DNA of 64,000 nucleotides from Candidatus Omnitrophota bacterium (GTDB taxonomy: Bacteria > Omnitrophota > Gorgyraeia > Zapsychrales > JAKLDJ01): the NCBI GenBank assembly GCA_022703585.1, contig JAKLDJ010000001.1, positions 374,891 to 438,890 of the forward strand, written 5' to 3'. This document shows, piece after piece, positions 1 to 12,000 of the stretch. Every line of letters begins with the position of its first letter. Position 1 is the first letter of the stretch. The translations under genes and the position numbers were made by a program. Under the pieces are notes generated by a model. The model made no database searches and was not told the DNA's origin. It was given only the letters and a program-made list of their open reading frames with translations.

Positions 1-3000
1 AGAATAAATGTGGCTTGAAACAAAGTGGTGAGTGAGCAAAGCGAGTCGAACCACAGCGGCAGGATTGACGGCAAGCAGGCGCGCTTTGGATGTTTTAACC
101 GCGGCCACCGATTGCGCAACCGGAGCCGCCATAACACTGCCGGGCCTGGCGCCTTCGAAACCATTCTGCAATACTTGTTCATTTTTTCCGACCTCATCCG
201 CGTAAGCGGTACCGGCGCCAAACAGGTTATTCAGCGCACCCAGAATCATATGAACCGGCATCATCAGAGGCGCGATCGGATTGAAGCCCTTGAACTGGTT
301 CGGAACCTGCGGTGCGACCGGTAATTTCGGCGCGGGAATAGTCGTTGCCGGCGGCAGGCTATTAACTGGGACTGTCCCCGCCTCAGCCCTGTTGGACCTC
401 GTCGAGGCCGGGCCCGATTTAGCTTGGGACCTGTCCCGTACCGAGCTTCGTACCATTGAAATCATTTTAGCCAGAGCCAAAGAGGCGATGATTAAAGGAA
501 GAATGCCCGGCATGGAGGCTTGCAGATTGCTATGGTCAGCCACGGCGGCAACAGTCTTATATTCCTGCATGCGAATCTTAAGGCCGGGTAATTCCTGCGT
601 CAAGGCAATGACTTCATTGAGGACTAAGCGGGTCGCATCGACATTGCTGGCGTACCAATGAGCGTTGGTGTTTTGCCCGCGGGAAATACAGGCGAGCATT
701 TTTTCATAAGAAATCTTGTCAGCGCTGCCGTTAAGACATTCTCTGATGGCATCGTTGACATCTGTGTCTTGCCCGATATGGTAAATACCAAACGCCAACC
801 GCCAGATATCCGCGTCACTCATCCTTGAACCAATCATCTTGGATATTCTGTCGTGGATATCCTTAAGAAGCATGATCGCTACCGTTGTATTGTCTTCGGC
901 GTTAAACGGGTTACGGCTTCCCTCGAGAGATCCGAAGAATTTCTCAAAATTCCTTCCCTTAACCTGGCTTACTCCCATATCCCAGCCTGTCGATTTGCCC
1001 AAGCCTTTTCTTTCAAGAGTGAAATATCTGTTTGAATTAATGGTAATGCGGCTCTGGTCGGGTGTTTCCATCATCCAGATAGCGATGATGCCCTCGGACG
1101 GAATACCGTGGGCGCGGGCAAGGTCGGCAAACCGAACAAAGGAAAGCGTGCGGCGGGCCGCAGCCTTATCCTGGGCGGTCAAGACATAATAGAGAGTCGG
1201 ATTTTTGCGTTCCCTGTCCGTCATGCCGCGCTTAAGAGCAATCCTGGCTTGCCCAAGCGCCTGTGCCGTATTGGCATCGGAACGGCGCATCAGCTGTGCG
1301 TAGAAAACCTCCAGCCTGTCAATGGTGCCGGCATAAATCAACGTCTCTAAAAGATCGCTGATCCGTTCAGGATGATTGGCCAGATTAGCTGTAAACCTTT
1401 CTTGATCTTTCGCAACCTCGGGCCTAAGATTCCACCCGGCTACCAATTCCTCCTTCTTGCCCCGAGGCAGAAGTGTCGATAAAACCGCAATCATCGTCGA
1501 GAATGTCCGGGTGTTATTGAGTGACCCGCTGAATGAATCCAGGCGATACGCGGCCTCGGTAAGCCGGGCTTTGAAATCTGCCATGGCCTGCTCGGCCTTT
1601 TCGGCTTCTTTCCGAATCCTACTGGCTTCTTCGATTTCAACAACCTTCTTGGCAATGCCATAAACTCCGGAGCCGGCGACCGCTAATCCGGCAGCTCCTT
1701 TGACCATGAGGCTTAAGAATTCCCTGCGGGTTTGCTCTCTTTGTCCTCTGCGTACCGCCATAGCGCGAATTTGGCGTGGCGCGGATTTGCGGCGGCTGTC
1801 GACAATAATCTTGGTGATACCGGCAACGGCTGCGGCTGCGCCGATAATGCCGGTGACTAAAGCGGTCTTTTCCACCGCGATCGGATCCATATACATCGCC
1901 CCGGCAGCAGCAACGACCGGCACGGCAACCAAAGGCCACGTCTTCTTTAATGATGAAATCTGAACGGGCTTGCGGTCACGGATGTGTTTATTAAAGAAGC
2001 GAACGATGTCATAGCTCATGAATCCGAGTGCCATGACAGTAAAGGCTACCGGCGCCAAGAGGCTGAAACCGTACACGGCCTCGCCTTCGGCGAGTTTCAT
2101 CGGACGGAGGATTTGTGTAAGAGAGCGAGGCGTCGGTAATTCCACCAAATCTTCCCTGGTTCTGTTGGCAACAGCCATAAACGTCGGGTCTTTTTTCTCA
2201 AAAAGTTCAACCAGGGCAAGATAAATCGGGAGTTCGAAAACGCTGCTTTCCATAAGGCGGAGATATTGTCTCTGGATAACAAAGGTCCTGCAGGCTTCGG
2301 CTGATATGGAAGAACCGTTTCTTACCCGTTCCCTTAATTCTCTGTGATAAGGCCTCAAGGTATCAAGAATCCCGTCAAAGCCGTCCGCCAAGCGCATAAC
2401 CGACGAGACCAGCCTGAAGGATTCTGCCGGTTTAGGGGCGTGCATACTTAAGATTACCTCCTGGGCCCCTTCGGGTAAGGCAATGCCCGATACGCGCAAA
2501 AGATCAATGCTGATCTGGCCATGTTCACGGGCGCGCTCGGTGTCTACTTTCGATAAGACCTGATCATTGCCATGGACGGGATCCCCTTCCTTCCAATAGC
2601 GGCGCCTGTCACTGAATACAGTAATAAGCTCTTCATCCAACTTGCCCAGATCGTGGCTAAGGCCGACAAAGTCTGCCAAAGCAATCTGGGCTGCGCCGGC
2701 ACAAAGTTGTTTATTCTTAAGAATCTCCCTGGCGAGAAGAGTTACGGCCATCTCGTGCTCAATAACCTGCAAGGTATAGTCAACCGAATGTAAGCTTGAA
2801 TAAAAACCTGTTTTGGAAACAGGAGCCCAGAATAAAGGCGACATATTAATAACCCGGCCTAAAGAAGTTCTTAAGAGAGTTCTGTTGGCATTTTCCCTGC
2901 CTCCCCACAGCTCGTTAAAGGCCATGATAAAGAACCGCGTTCTTTCCCGGTTGGGATTTCTAAATAAATCGAGAATAAACTTGGTATTGGTTATGAGAGC

Positions 3001-6000
3001 AGTCCTGGTATTTCCCTGCCGTACAGGGTAGGTAGCACCGATATGCCTGACGGCCCACAATACCCTTTCACGGGCGGCATTGAATTCCGACAGACTAAGC
3101 TGTGCCCAATGCCCGGAAGACTCTCCTGCCTCTTCGACCCGGGCTTGTGCCGCCAGGGTAAACAGCCCCATCAAGGCCGCGAAGGGCAGAGCAACGAGAT
3201 TAAAGGCGTTAAGATTGTCCGCGGCTTGGTTAAATAATTTCCGGCTTTCATCGGCGGTCAGTTCGCCGGATTTGATTCTTTCCTGCAAGAAATTCAAGGC
3301 AATAGTGATAATGCCGGACTGAAGAACAGCTTCTTTAATTCGTTCATCCCTCCCGGATTCCTTAAGTAATTCCGCCATCCCTGCCGAGCCCGCCACCTTG
3401 TTCCCGTAAATATCACACCAGGCTTTAGGCTCGCCAAAAAGCATTACCGGATCTCTGCCTTCATACCTTCCTTTATCTTGAGACACTCCGTATTCTTTAA
3501 CAGCTTTCACATAAATTTCTACAGCTTCCGCCACAGTCATATTCCGCTGACGCTCAACCAAAGCTTGAGAAACAGGATTTAAACTAAACGGTTCTTCATT
3601 AAAATCACTCATCATTGCCCTGTAGCGCTCTTCGTAACGGGCAATATTTATTTCGACATCGCTCATTCTCCTTGCTATCGCTATCCCTGCCAGCGGCATC
3701 GACGGCCCGGCATCGACGAGATTTTTGATTACCTGAAATACGGTCGCGCGGTTATAGTAGGTCTTTCCGGTTTGCAAATTCTCGGCAATCTTTTCCACGC
3801 GCCAGCCGCCGATTTTATGCGCTAACAGCTCAAGGGCTTCTCTGGCATCGTCAATCTTCCATTCGTAGCGCGGCAGGCCGACGCTTAAGGCAATCGAACC
3901 CCGGTCGCTGATCAGCTCTAACGCATCGTACAAGATCTCCACGGCCAAGTCAGGGTAGACATCATCAATGACATTTAAAGCAACAATACCCTTGATGGTA
4001 CCCGCACCGGCCAAGAGCGCCTTGGTGGCACCGGAAAGTTCGCCGAGCCGTTCGCTGATAAATTCGATGCCTTCAACCAGGCTTATGTACTGGGCCGGTA
4101 CCAATTCGGCGCTGTGGCTGCGTGCCATTGCCGGGTTATCGCAGTTCTCATAAATCGGGTCAATGCTGATAACCCTTGCCCCAAAAGCAGCTGCCGCAAT
4201 CATCGGCTCCATAAAGTACCTGCCGCCGACAAACACCACGGTATCGCCCTCGGCAATATTCATCGTGGCCATAAGTTTTACGGCATCCTTGGCAACATTC
4301 CTCTCCCAGCCAAGCTGGGCAATGACGGAATCAGCATCCTGCGCCATGCCGAATGCGAAAACAAACGGTACGAAGCTATTGAGAGATGAAGTTTCCCCTA
4401 ACTTGATACCGCTTAACGCTGGGGTGGCCGGTAAGCTGGCGAACAGCTTTTGTGTCATCGGCATTGAGAGCTTCCCAGGAGTTTTCTTTCCCATTGCGGG
4501 AGTAAACTTGCCCGTTGTGATTGAAGATAAGGAAGAGCCGAGTTTTGCCAGTAGCCTCTTCGCGGCCGGCGCCAAAGACGCAATCGTCTCCGCTAAATTC
4601 AACAACGTGATCGAATGTAATGTGTTTGTAGTCTGTCCTGTGACTGGTGACTGGTGTCTGGTGACTGGTGTCTGGTGATCTAATGTCCATAATGCACCTC
4701 CGTGGTCCGTCCCGACGATACGTCGGGACGAGATCTCGGCGAATTTGCTTTGCAAATTCGCCGGACTTTGTTTAGGTTTTTGGTTATAGTCATTCTGTGT
4801 AGGAATATTGTGAATTCCGTTGAAGGAAGAAACAGCGTTTAAGCGAGGCTTTACGCCGGATATAAAGGAAATAAATCCAGGAATCGTTCTGGTAGGATTG
4901 CTAACAGCAGTTGCGCTCTCGTTATCCACTCCGACACCCTTGTGCGAGGAGGGGCCGGCTGATGTCGAATTGCCGTGAATACCGGTTGAATTGCCCGCGG
5001 TACGATAGATAACCCTAACCCCTGTCCTTGCTTCTCCGAGAGTGAAAATCGGCTGATACAATACCGGCATGTTGGTGGCGGGCGCAAAGTGCATCGGCAA
5101 ACCCTTACCGCCGTTAGGTGTAGGCGCCACCGGCGGCACACCGTTCGCCGGCACATTCACCGGTATGGACTTAGGTTCGGCAGGCGCTGGAGCAGGGGTT
5201 TGCTCGGCCACAACTCCCCTATCCTCTCGAATTTTCCTCAGATCCAACGACGGCAACCCGGAATGCAGACCCTCTCGATTGTGAGGCTTGACACCCATTA
5301 TTTGAGTTAAGTTCTGGAGGGCCAGAGAGACACCCATAATACCGACCATCAGATTCTGGGATGAGACCGCCGCCAGGACAAAGAGGCCGCCGCCGACCAA
5401 GCCGATGGTCTGCGTTGTCTCAAGGCTGTTTTCTTTAAAGGCGTTGACGACCGAGGCAATGAATTGAGGGAACGTATAAATAGCAACATTGATAACGAAC
5501 GCCGACCCGAAAACCGGAGGAATCATTCCGCCGGCGCCTAAGAAAATCGCGGAAGGAACCGCAAACATCGCACCTGCAAATCCGATTCTCCATAACTTGG
5601 AACCTAAGCCGGAATAATCGGTCGGCTCCAAGAATGCCTGCAGCATACGGCCGCCGTCCATCGGATGAATAGGCAAGCCGTTAAAGAACCCAAGCATGAC
5701 CGTTAAGGTACCCAATTGGGTAAAGAAGTTGAGATTTCCCAATAATTCCCTAATCCCGCTGATATCTTTCATCGCGTTATTGATTTGTCCCAGGCTGGAG
5801 GCATGCACCAGATTTTTAGAAATATAATCCCATAACTGAAAGACACTTCCGTCGTGGGCCGCGGCCGGTAAATGATTCCCAACGATAGACAGGTTGCCTG
5901 TCGCTAAAACAGCCGCGAGATAGACGGCAGGAACAAAATAGGACATGACACGTAACGCCGAAGACTTCGCCGTCAAGCGGTGAGTGGCATACATGAGAGA

Positions 6001-9000
6001 ATAGAAACCGGCCACGCCGGCCACAGCCGGGAGCAGGCCAAAACCGCTCTGCATTAAACCTATCGTAAACCAGGTCGGGCCCATCAAGAACGTATCGCCG
6101 ATGGGGCCGACGCCGGCAACCCAAAACGCCTTAGCCGGAGTCAACTCGCTTAAGCCCTTGATGGTTGCCAAACCGCCCATGGCGGTAAATTCCATTTTCG
6201 AGGTAACCTTGCCGAAGCGGGCTGCCTCGATACTATGCCGGGGTTCGTGATTGATGAAAATCGCTATGACCGGAAGCATGGCGGCAGCGATTATCCCGGG
6301 AAGAGTAGCGCCGGCGCTAAAGAAGTACGCTGAACCCGCCAGAGGAACAATCATGGTCAAGCTGCCTCTGATCTGTGTCCTGTTGGACGAAATCCGTTTC
6401 GGCAACCTGAACAGGTCATGGGTTTTAAAGGCGCTTTCTCCATATAGGGTAAATTTATCAATATTGGCAATCATGCTGTCGCTCGCATATTGTTTCAAGA
6501 GGTGGCTGGCGACAGAAAGCGCGATACCCAATGACGCCGTGATAGCCATAACCATAACCGTAACAGCAGAAATTTCGGCCCCGGCTATGACAACAGAACT
6601 TACGCCAATCGATTTCGCGATTGAACCTAAGGCGGCTACGCCCGTACCGGTCTTCGCAAATCCCCACAAGCCCATACCTAAGAGGGCATTGCCCATCTGG
6701 GTGGCGCCGTGTGTCTTCGAGGTTACTCCCATCTTCTGTCCGAAGTAACCTAAAACGCCGTAGGTTAAATGCGCCATAAAACTGCCCTTCATAAGAAGGA
6801 AGACAGCGACGGATAAATTCGGGACCGCGAGATTCCATTTGGTAACCCTGACCGGTTTACCCGGGTTGTGGGCTCTGGAAGCCTGCCAGTCGGATAAGTT
6901 AAACCAGCTCTTAAGCTGTTCATGGTTTAAATGCATGCCTTTAAAGAATTTAATGCCGCTGACTTCGCCCATGTCCGATTTGATGGTTCTCTTTTCAACG
7001 GTGCCGTCTGTCTTTTCTTTGTTAATATCCAGAGCGGCTTTTAAGTCTAACCGTTTCGCGTTCGATGAGACCGTTCCTTGCATTCTTTGCGCAACATTTC
7101 TGTCTCTGACGAGCAGGCTGCCGGCATAAGAACCGTTGACGCTAAAGATAACATTGCCGCCGTTTTTAAACGCCGCGAAGAATTCTTCTTTGTTCGGGAA
7201 CCCATAGAAGTCGACCGTCCCATCTTCTTTTTCTTTGCCGAGCAATTGGCCGTGTTCGCTTAAAACAACGGCTGCGAGATAACCGTCTTGTTCGTCCGGC
7301 GCCCTTAAATACACCAGGCTGGGGCCTTGAGAAATGTGAGCTTGCTTGATGGTAGCGCTGGTGTGGAGATCTTCGATATATTCACGGTCTTCAGCTGTTT
7401 CGTCCGCAGCAAATTTTTCGTAGGCCGCCTGGGTGGTTATATCCATCTTTCCTTTAACCTTGTAACTTTCGGGAAGATAGCCTTTTGCCTTTAAGGCATT
7501 CTGGAATTTCTGCACCCGCTCCTTCAGTGAAAGTGAGAGTACATCTAATTCGACGCGGGATACGGTATACCCGGCCATGGAAGAATCAAATTGAGCCAGG
7601 ACCTGATTGATGTCACTTTCGTTAAATTCGCTCCAAAGAATTCTTCCGGCCTCGCTCCTGCCGTCTCTGACATTGTCAAAGTGGCGCTCGATCATAGCCC
7701 TGGTGAGTTTAAGCGGCGGCATGGCCCGTTCACTGTTTCTGGAAATCCCGCTTAAATTGGCAACCAGCGTCAACAGAGAGTCGGACACCTTCTTCTCTGC
7801 CAAGGCTTCTTTGACGGCAAACAACTCTTCATTGCTTAATACCCTCACCTTATCCGCCATCCATCTTAAGCTGCTGTGCTCCAAAAAGGCCTGCTGGGAT
7901 TCTATTGACCGTTCTTTGGCTTGGCGAAATGCGATGAATTCTTCCAGGTCACGGACAATATGGTTTCTGACAAACGGCACTATAACAGCCGGATTCTTCA
8001 GCTGTTTGATCATCTTGTTAGCCAAACCGTCTTCGTCGTCTTTCTCCAGGATCTTGCCAAGGCCCTCAAAGAATTGCCTTTCACCCTGGCGGACCATCGC
8101 ATCCGTTACCTCAGAGCGTGCCTGGGACATGTCGGCGATGGCTGAAATTCTGTCCAGGCCAAAAATTTCGGCCGCGTCTTTTAAGGTGTTTAACGCACGA
8201 GCCAAACCTCTGATTTGTTCGGAATAACTCTTCTTTTGGCCCAAAGACGGGGTCATGTCGACAAAGCGTTTTGTCTGCTCAACGACATGTCTTGCCTGCC
8301 GGGTTTTAAGAATTTGCGCTTTCTCCTCGTCGGTTAAATCCGGGCCGGCATAATCCACAACCATAGAACCGTCCTGGCTGGTTATCCTCTTTAAGCCTTC
8401 GCCCGGCTCAGGAACAGCACCCAGGTGCATTGAGGACGATTTTGTTACTGCTTCGTATTGCTGCCATCCCTCAATGCTTCTGCCTTCTTTGTCCTGCATA
8501 AAGGGTAATACCTGCCTGGAGAATTCACGAACGAGACTGATACCTTTTTGGACAAAGGAAGCATCGACAGCATCCATCTTAGGCTTGACCGCCTTGAGCA
8601 TGTCACGCGCCACGGCTCTATAATGTTTGACCGTCTCTTCTAATCCTTGGGTCCTCTCACCGACCATCAAAGACAGGATTCTTGATTTGGCGCCATCATT
8701 TAAGGTGTCATTGACCCCGGGAAGCGCGAGCATGATGTTGGCTTCGTCAATATGTTGATTCTTTAAAACATCAGCTTCAAGGCCGGCGGCGTTACGGGCA
8801 TATTGCGCGTTATCTGCTGAACCCAACCTCTTTGTTTGATCGACCAAGCTTTTTGCCCTTTGATTGAGACGGGTGAGGGCAACCGGTTCCTGGCCTTGCG
8901 CGTCTTTTTCGGCAAAGATATAAATGCCTTGCTGGCCAAAGGCAGAAGTTTTTCCGCTAAAGCGCTTATCGCCTTTTTCGCAAGAAACAACGTAGACGCC

Positions 9001-12000
9001 TAAAGTCTGGCTCTTGGAAACTCCTTCTAAGAATAAGGCTATGTCGGGCCTGTTTAAAGCCATGGCCGCGCGCTGGGCGGACTCAATTAAGTCAGAGGAA
9101 GCTTCCTCTCTTTCCAGGGATCCCTTGTGGACGGCGCGAAGGATGGCTTTTTCTTCTTTGGTTGCCTTGAACCGGCCGGCAAGATCCGCGTCCGGTACTC
9201 CGATCCATATCTTGCGCAGTCTCTGCAAGAATTCATCTTGGCCGTACTGTGCCGGATCCTTGAGGGCATTCCAGAGCCGCTCCAAGCCGTCTTTCTTCTG
9301 AAGCATCTTTCCTAATCTTGTTCTTTCGGCGGGAGTAAATTCTTCTTCGATATCTTCCAGTTCCCTTGAGCTCGCCAAGTCGGTGATACTTTTCCACTTT
9401 CTCTCTTTACGTTTATTTTCTTTCTCGATATCAACCGGTATATTGCCGTCACGCAGGTTCTGGGCGGTGATAGGGCCTAAGTCGAATTTCTCATCCCTCT
9501 TGTCGGCGCGCTGCTGTAATTCCTTAAAGGCCTGGTTGGCTTTTTCATCATAGTCAAATCCGAAGAGATACGGTTTTAAGGCTTTCTCGGCTCTGGCGCG
9601 CGCCTGCCTCTCAACTTCCAATTGGTAACTTTCTTTTGACTGGCCTTTTTCCTGCACTAAGTCTTTCTTGACTTCTTTCTTAAATTTCTTAACAATCTTC
9701 CAGAGCGGGCTGTTTTTATCCGCGCTATAATTAAAGAGCGCTATCGTTATTCTTCCGTCGCTATTTCCTTTTTTGCGTAATCCCCTGGCCTGTTTCGCCA
9801 TCCAGTATTCCAAAGTCCCGCGGTAAATACCTAAGTCTGACCTGTCTTTAAGCCAGCCGCCCTTGACGTGATGAACAGCCGATAACGTCAACCGCCACAA
9901 GCCTCTGGCGGCCAAGATGCCTTCTTCCGGGCCTTTCTTGTTTTCGTAGTCGTTAGACATAAGCGTGAAGAATTTACGCAACGTCCAATTGCCTAACACC
10001 TTTTCTTGCTTAGCGGCAGGAACACTGTTTTCCAGCAAATCATACGCCTTGCCGGCTCTTTCAAAATCCTGATTAGACAACATCCCCGCTAAGGCCATAC
10101 CGTTTAAGGTGTTTTCTTTGCGGCCTTTATCGCCGAGAATAGCTTTGCCCATTTCGGCAAGTTGTTTGAAGGTGAGGTCAATCTTTTCCGCCCTTTGCGG
10201 CATTTGGTTCTTGGTTAAATTCCACAAGAGATATCCGTGGAAAGGATGGGTTTTCAATGAAGAGAACATCTTCTTGAGCGGATTCTTATGCGCGCGTAAC
10301 TCCGTAAGCCACGGTGACATGGTGTTGAAAGATTTGTTAAGCGGCGTGTAAATATAGGCCAGGGTTTTTATAACCTTGTTTCTGTTGTAGCGGGCATCGA
10401 TAACGCTGGATGAAATTGATTCCGAGTGCGCGATGGGCAAGAGGACCAAAGACGCCAGGAAACCGCCAAAATTAGGATGCTTTACGAGGAATTTAACCGC
10501 ATTACTGACAGCGGCTTTCCTAACCAGGGCAACAGTCCTATGCTCCGTATCTTCTCTTTTTTGTTTCTCGTCCTCAACATTCGTACGAAGCAATTTAGCG
10601 GCGTTAACCACGGCCGCGGAATGTTCATCGCCTTCAGGTTTTGCAACTTGATAGCGGGCGATATAACTATTCAAAGCCTCAAGGACAGCCTCTCTGTCTC
10701 TCCAGCTTCTGCCGTCGCTCTTTAAATAAATATTTAATAAATCCTCATTCCATTGGCTGTCTAAGGCGCTGCCTAAACCGGCCTCGTCGGCAACATTGCC
10801 GATAACTTCGGCCCTATGTTCACGGATGACGGTATCGATAGCGCTGTTTAAGGCAACCAGGTCCGACTGGCCTTGGGCGCTGGTTCTATTCTCGGCCTTA
10901 TAGGCCTTGAAGGTATCGCTTAATTTGCGGCCCTTCTCCGAAAGTTCAATCACGCGCCCGAAGGCATCGGTGCCGACAAATCCGTACTTGGCCGCCAGGA
11001 CAAAATTCTTAACGGTGTCGATAAATTCGCTTTGTTCGCGGGATGGTTTTTTGGAATTGTAATTTCTAAAGAGTCCGTTTTTATTTGCGTCAAACAGGGT
11101 ATTAACAAAAGCGGCGATATCGGAATCCTGCGGAAGGGTAGAAAGAACATCGCGAATAGCCTGCGGCGCTTCAATAAGGCTGGAGGCGACTTCGCTGACC
11201 TCGTCAATAGCGGCTGCCGGTGCGCCCCGGATTTGGCCCTGGCGAGCGACATCTTCGGCGGCCTGATTTTTGGTTTCGCTGGGTAAATTCGCGAGAGCGC
11301 CGAATCTTTGGTTGTAGGTATGATTTATCTGTTCCATCTCCATGTCGCTGGGGGTATGGGAAGCCCTGACGTCGGTAATCCGGCTGGTATCTTTTACGCC
11401 TGCCATTTGGCGGGCAGCCCTTAAGGAGGCTTCGAAATCTTCAATGATGCCGCGGTTTTTGGCGAACTGACGGAAGAGATCCTGCTCAACTTCGCTAAGT
11501 TTTTCAAGCTCGGATTTTAATTGAGAGCTGCCGGCAGGGAATTGTTTCTTAAGTTCTTCCCTTTGGATGTCCACCCGCACTAAAAGCCCTCTCTCCGCAG
11601 GCCCTATTCTGGCTTCATCGATATAGGCCATCATGTCTTCAGCCGGCGCACGGAAATCGTCGAATATCTTTTTGGTGCGGTCACCGGCGCGGCCGATCAA
11701 CTGAACATCGGCAACCGCCGTATGCTTGCTGCCGATCCTGACAATTCTTGCCGCATAGGCTTTTGCAGCATCTGTGGCAAGCGCCAGGAGGTTTGTACCG
11801 TCGTTTAACTTATTGACGACAACAATAAGATGCTTGCGAGAGTCTTTGCTGCTGTCTGCGTATTCGCTCCTAATAACTTTCCCGAGTTCATCCATTTTCT
11901 TGGTTTTGGCATCGCCGATAGAACCTTCGACGCCCTCGATACGGACATCGTCCCCGGCAAATGCCCCCTTTCTCTTTAATTCTGTCAATCGTGCGACTGC

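Noticed and set aside
4376-4690. Minus-strand ORF (104 aa) starting right after the paired hairpins, with protein-like sequence (ITFDHVVEFSGDDCVFGAGREEATGK...). This suggested that the giant ORF ends near 4.8 kb and a new gene begins.
   Set aside because: It is in a different frame (+1) from the giant ORF. Frame 0 has no stop anywhere in 4561-4860 and encodes continuous sensible sequence on both sides. Kept as a caveat in the hairpin finding, because a sequencing indel could convert the picture.
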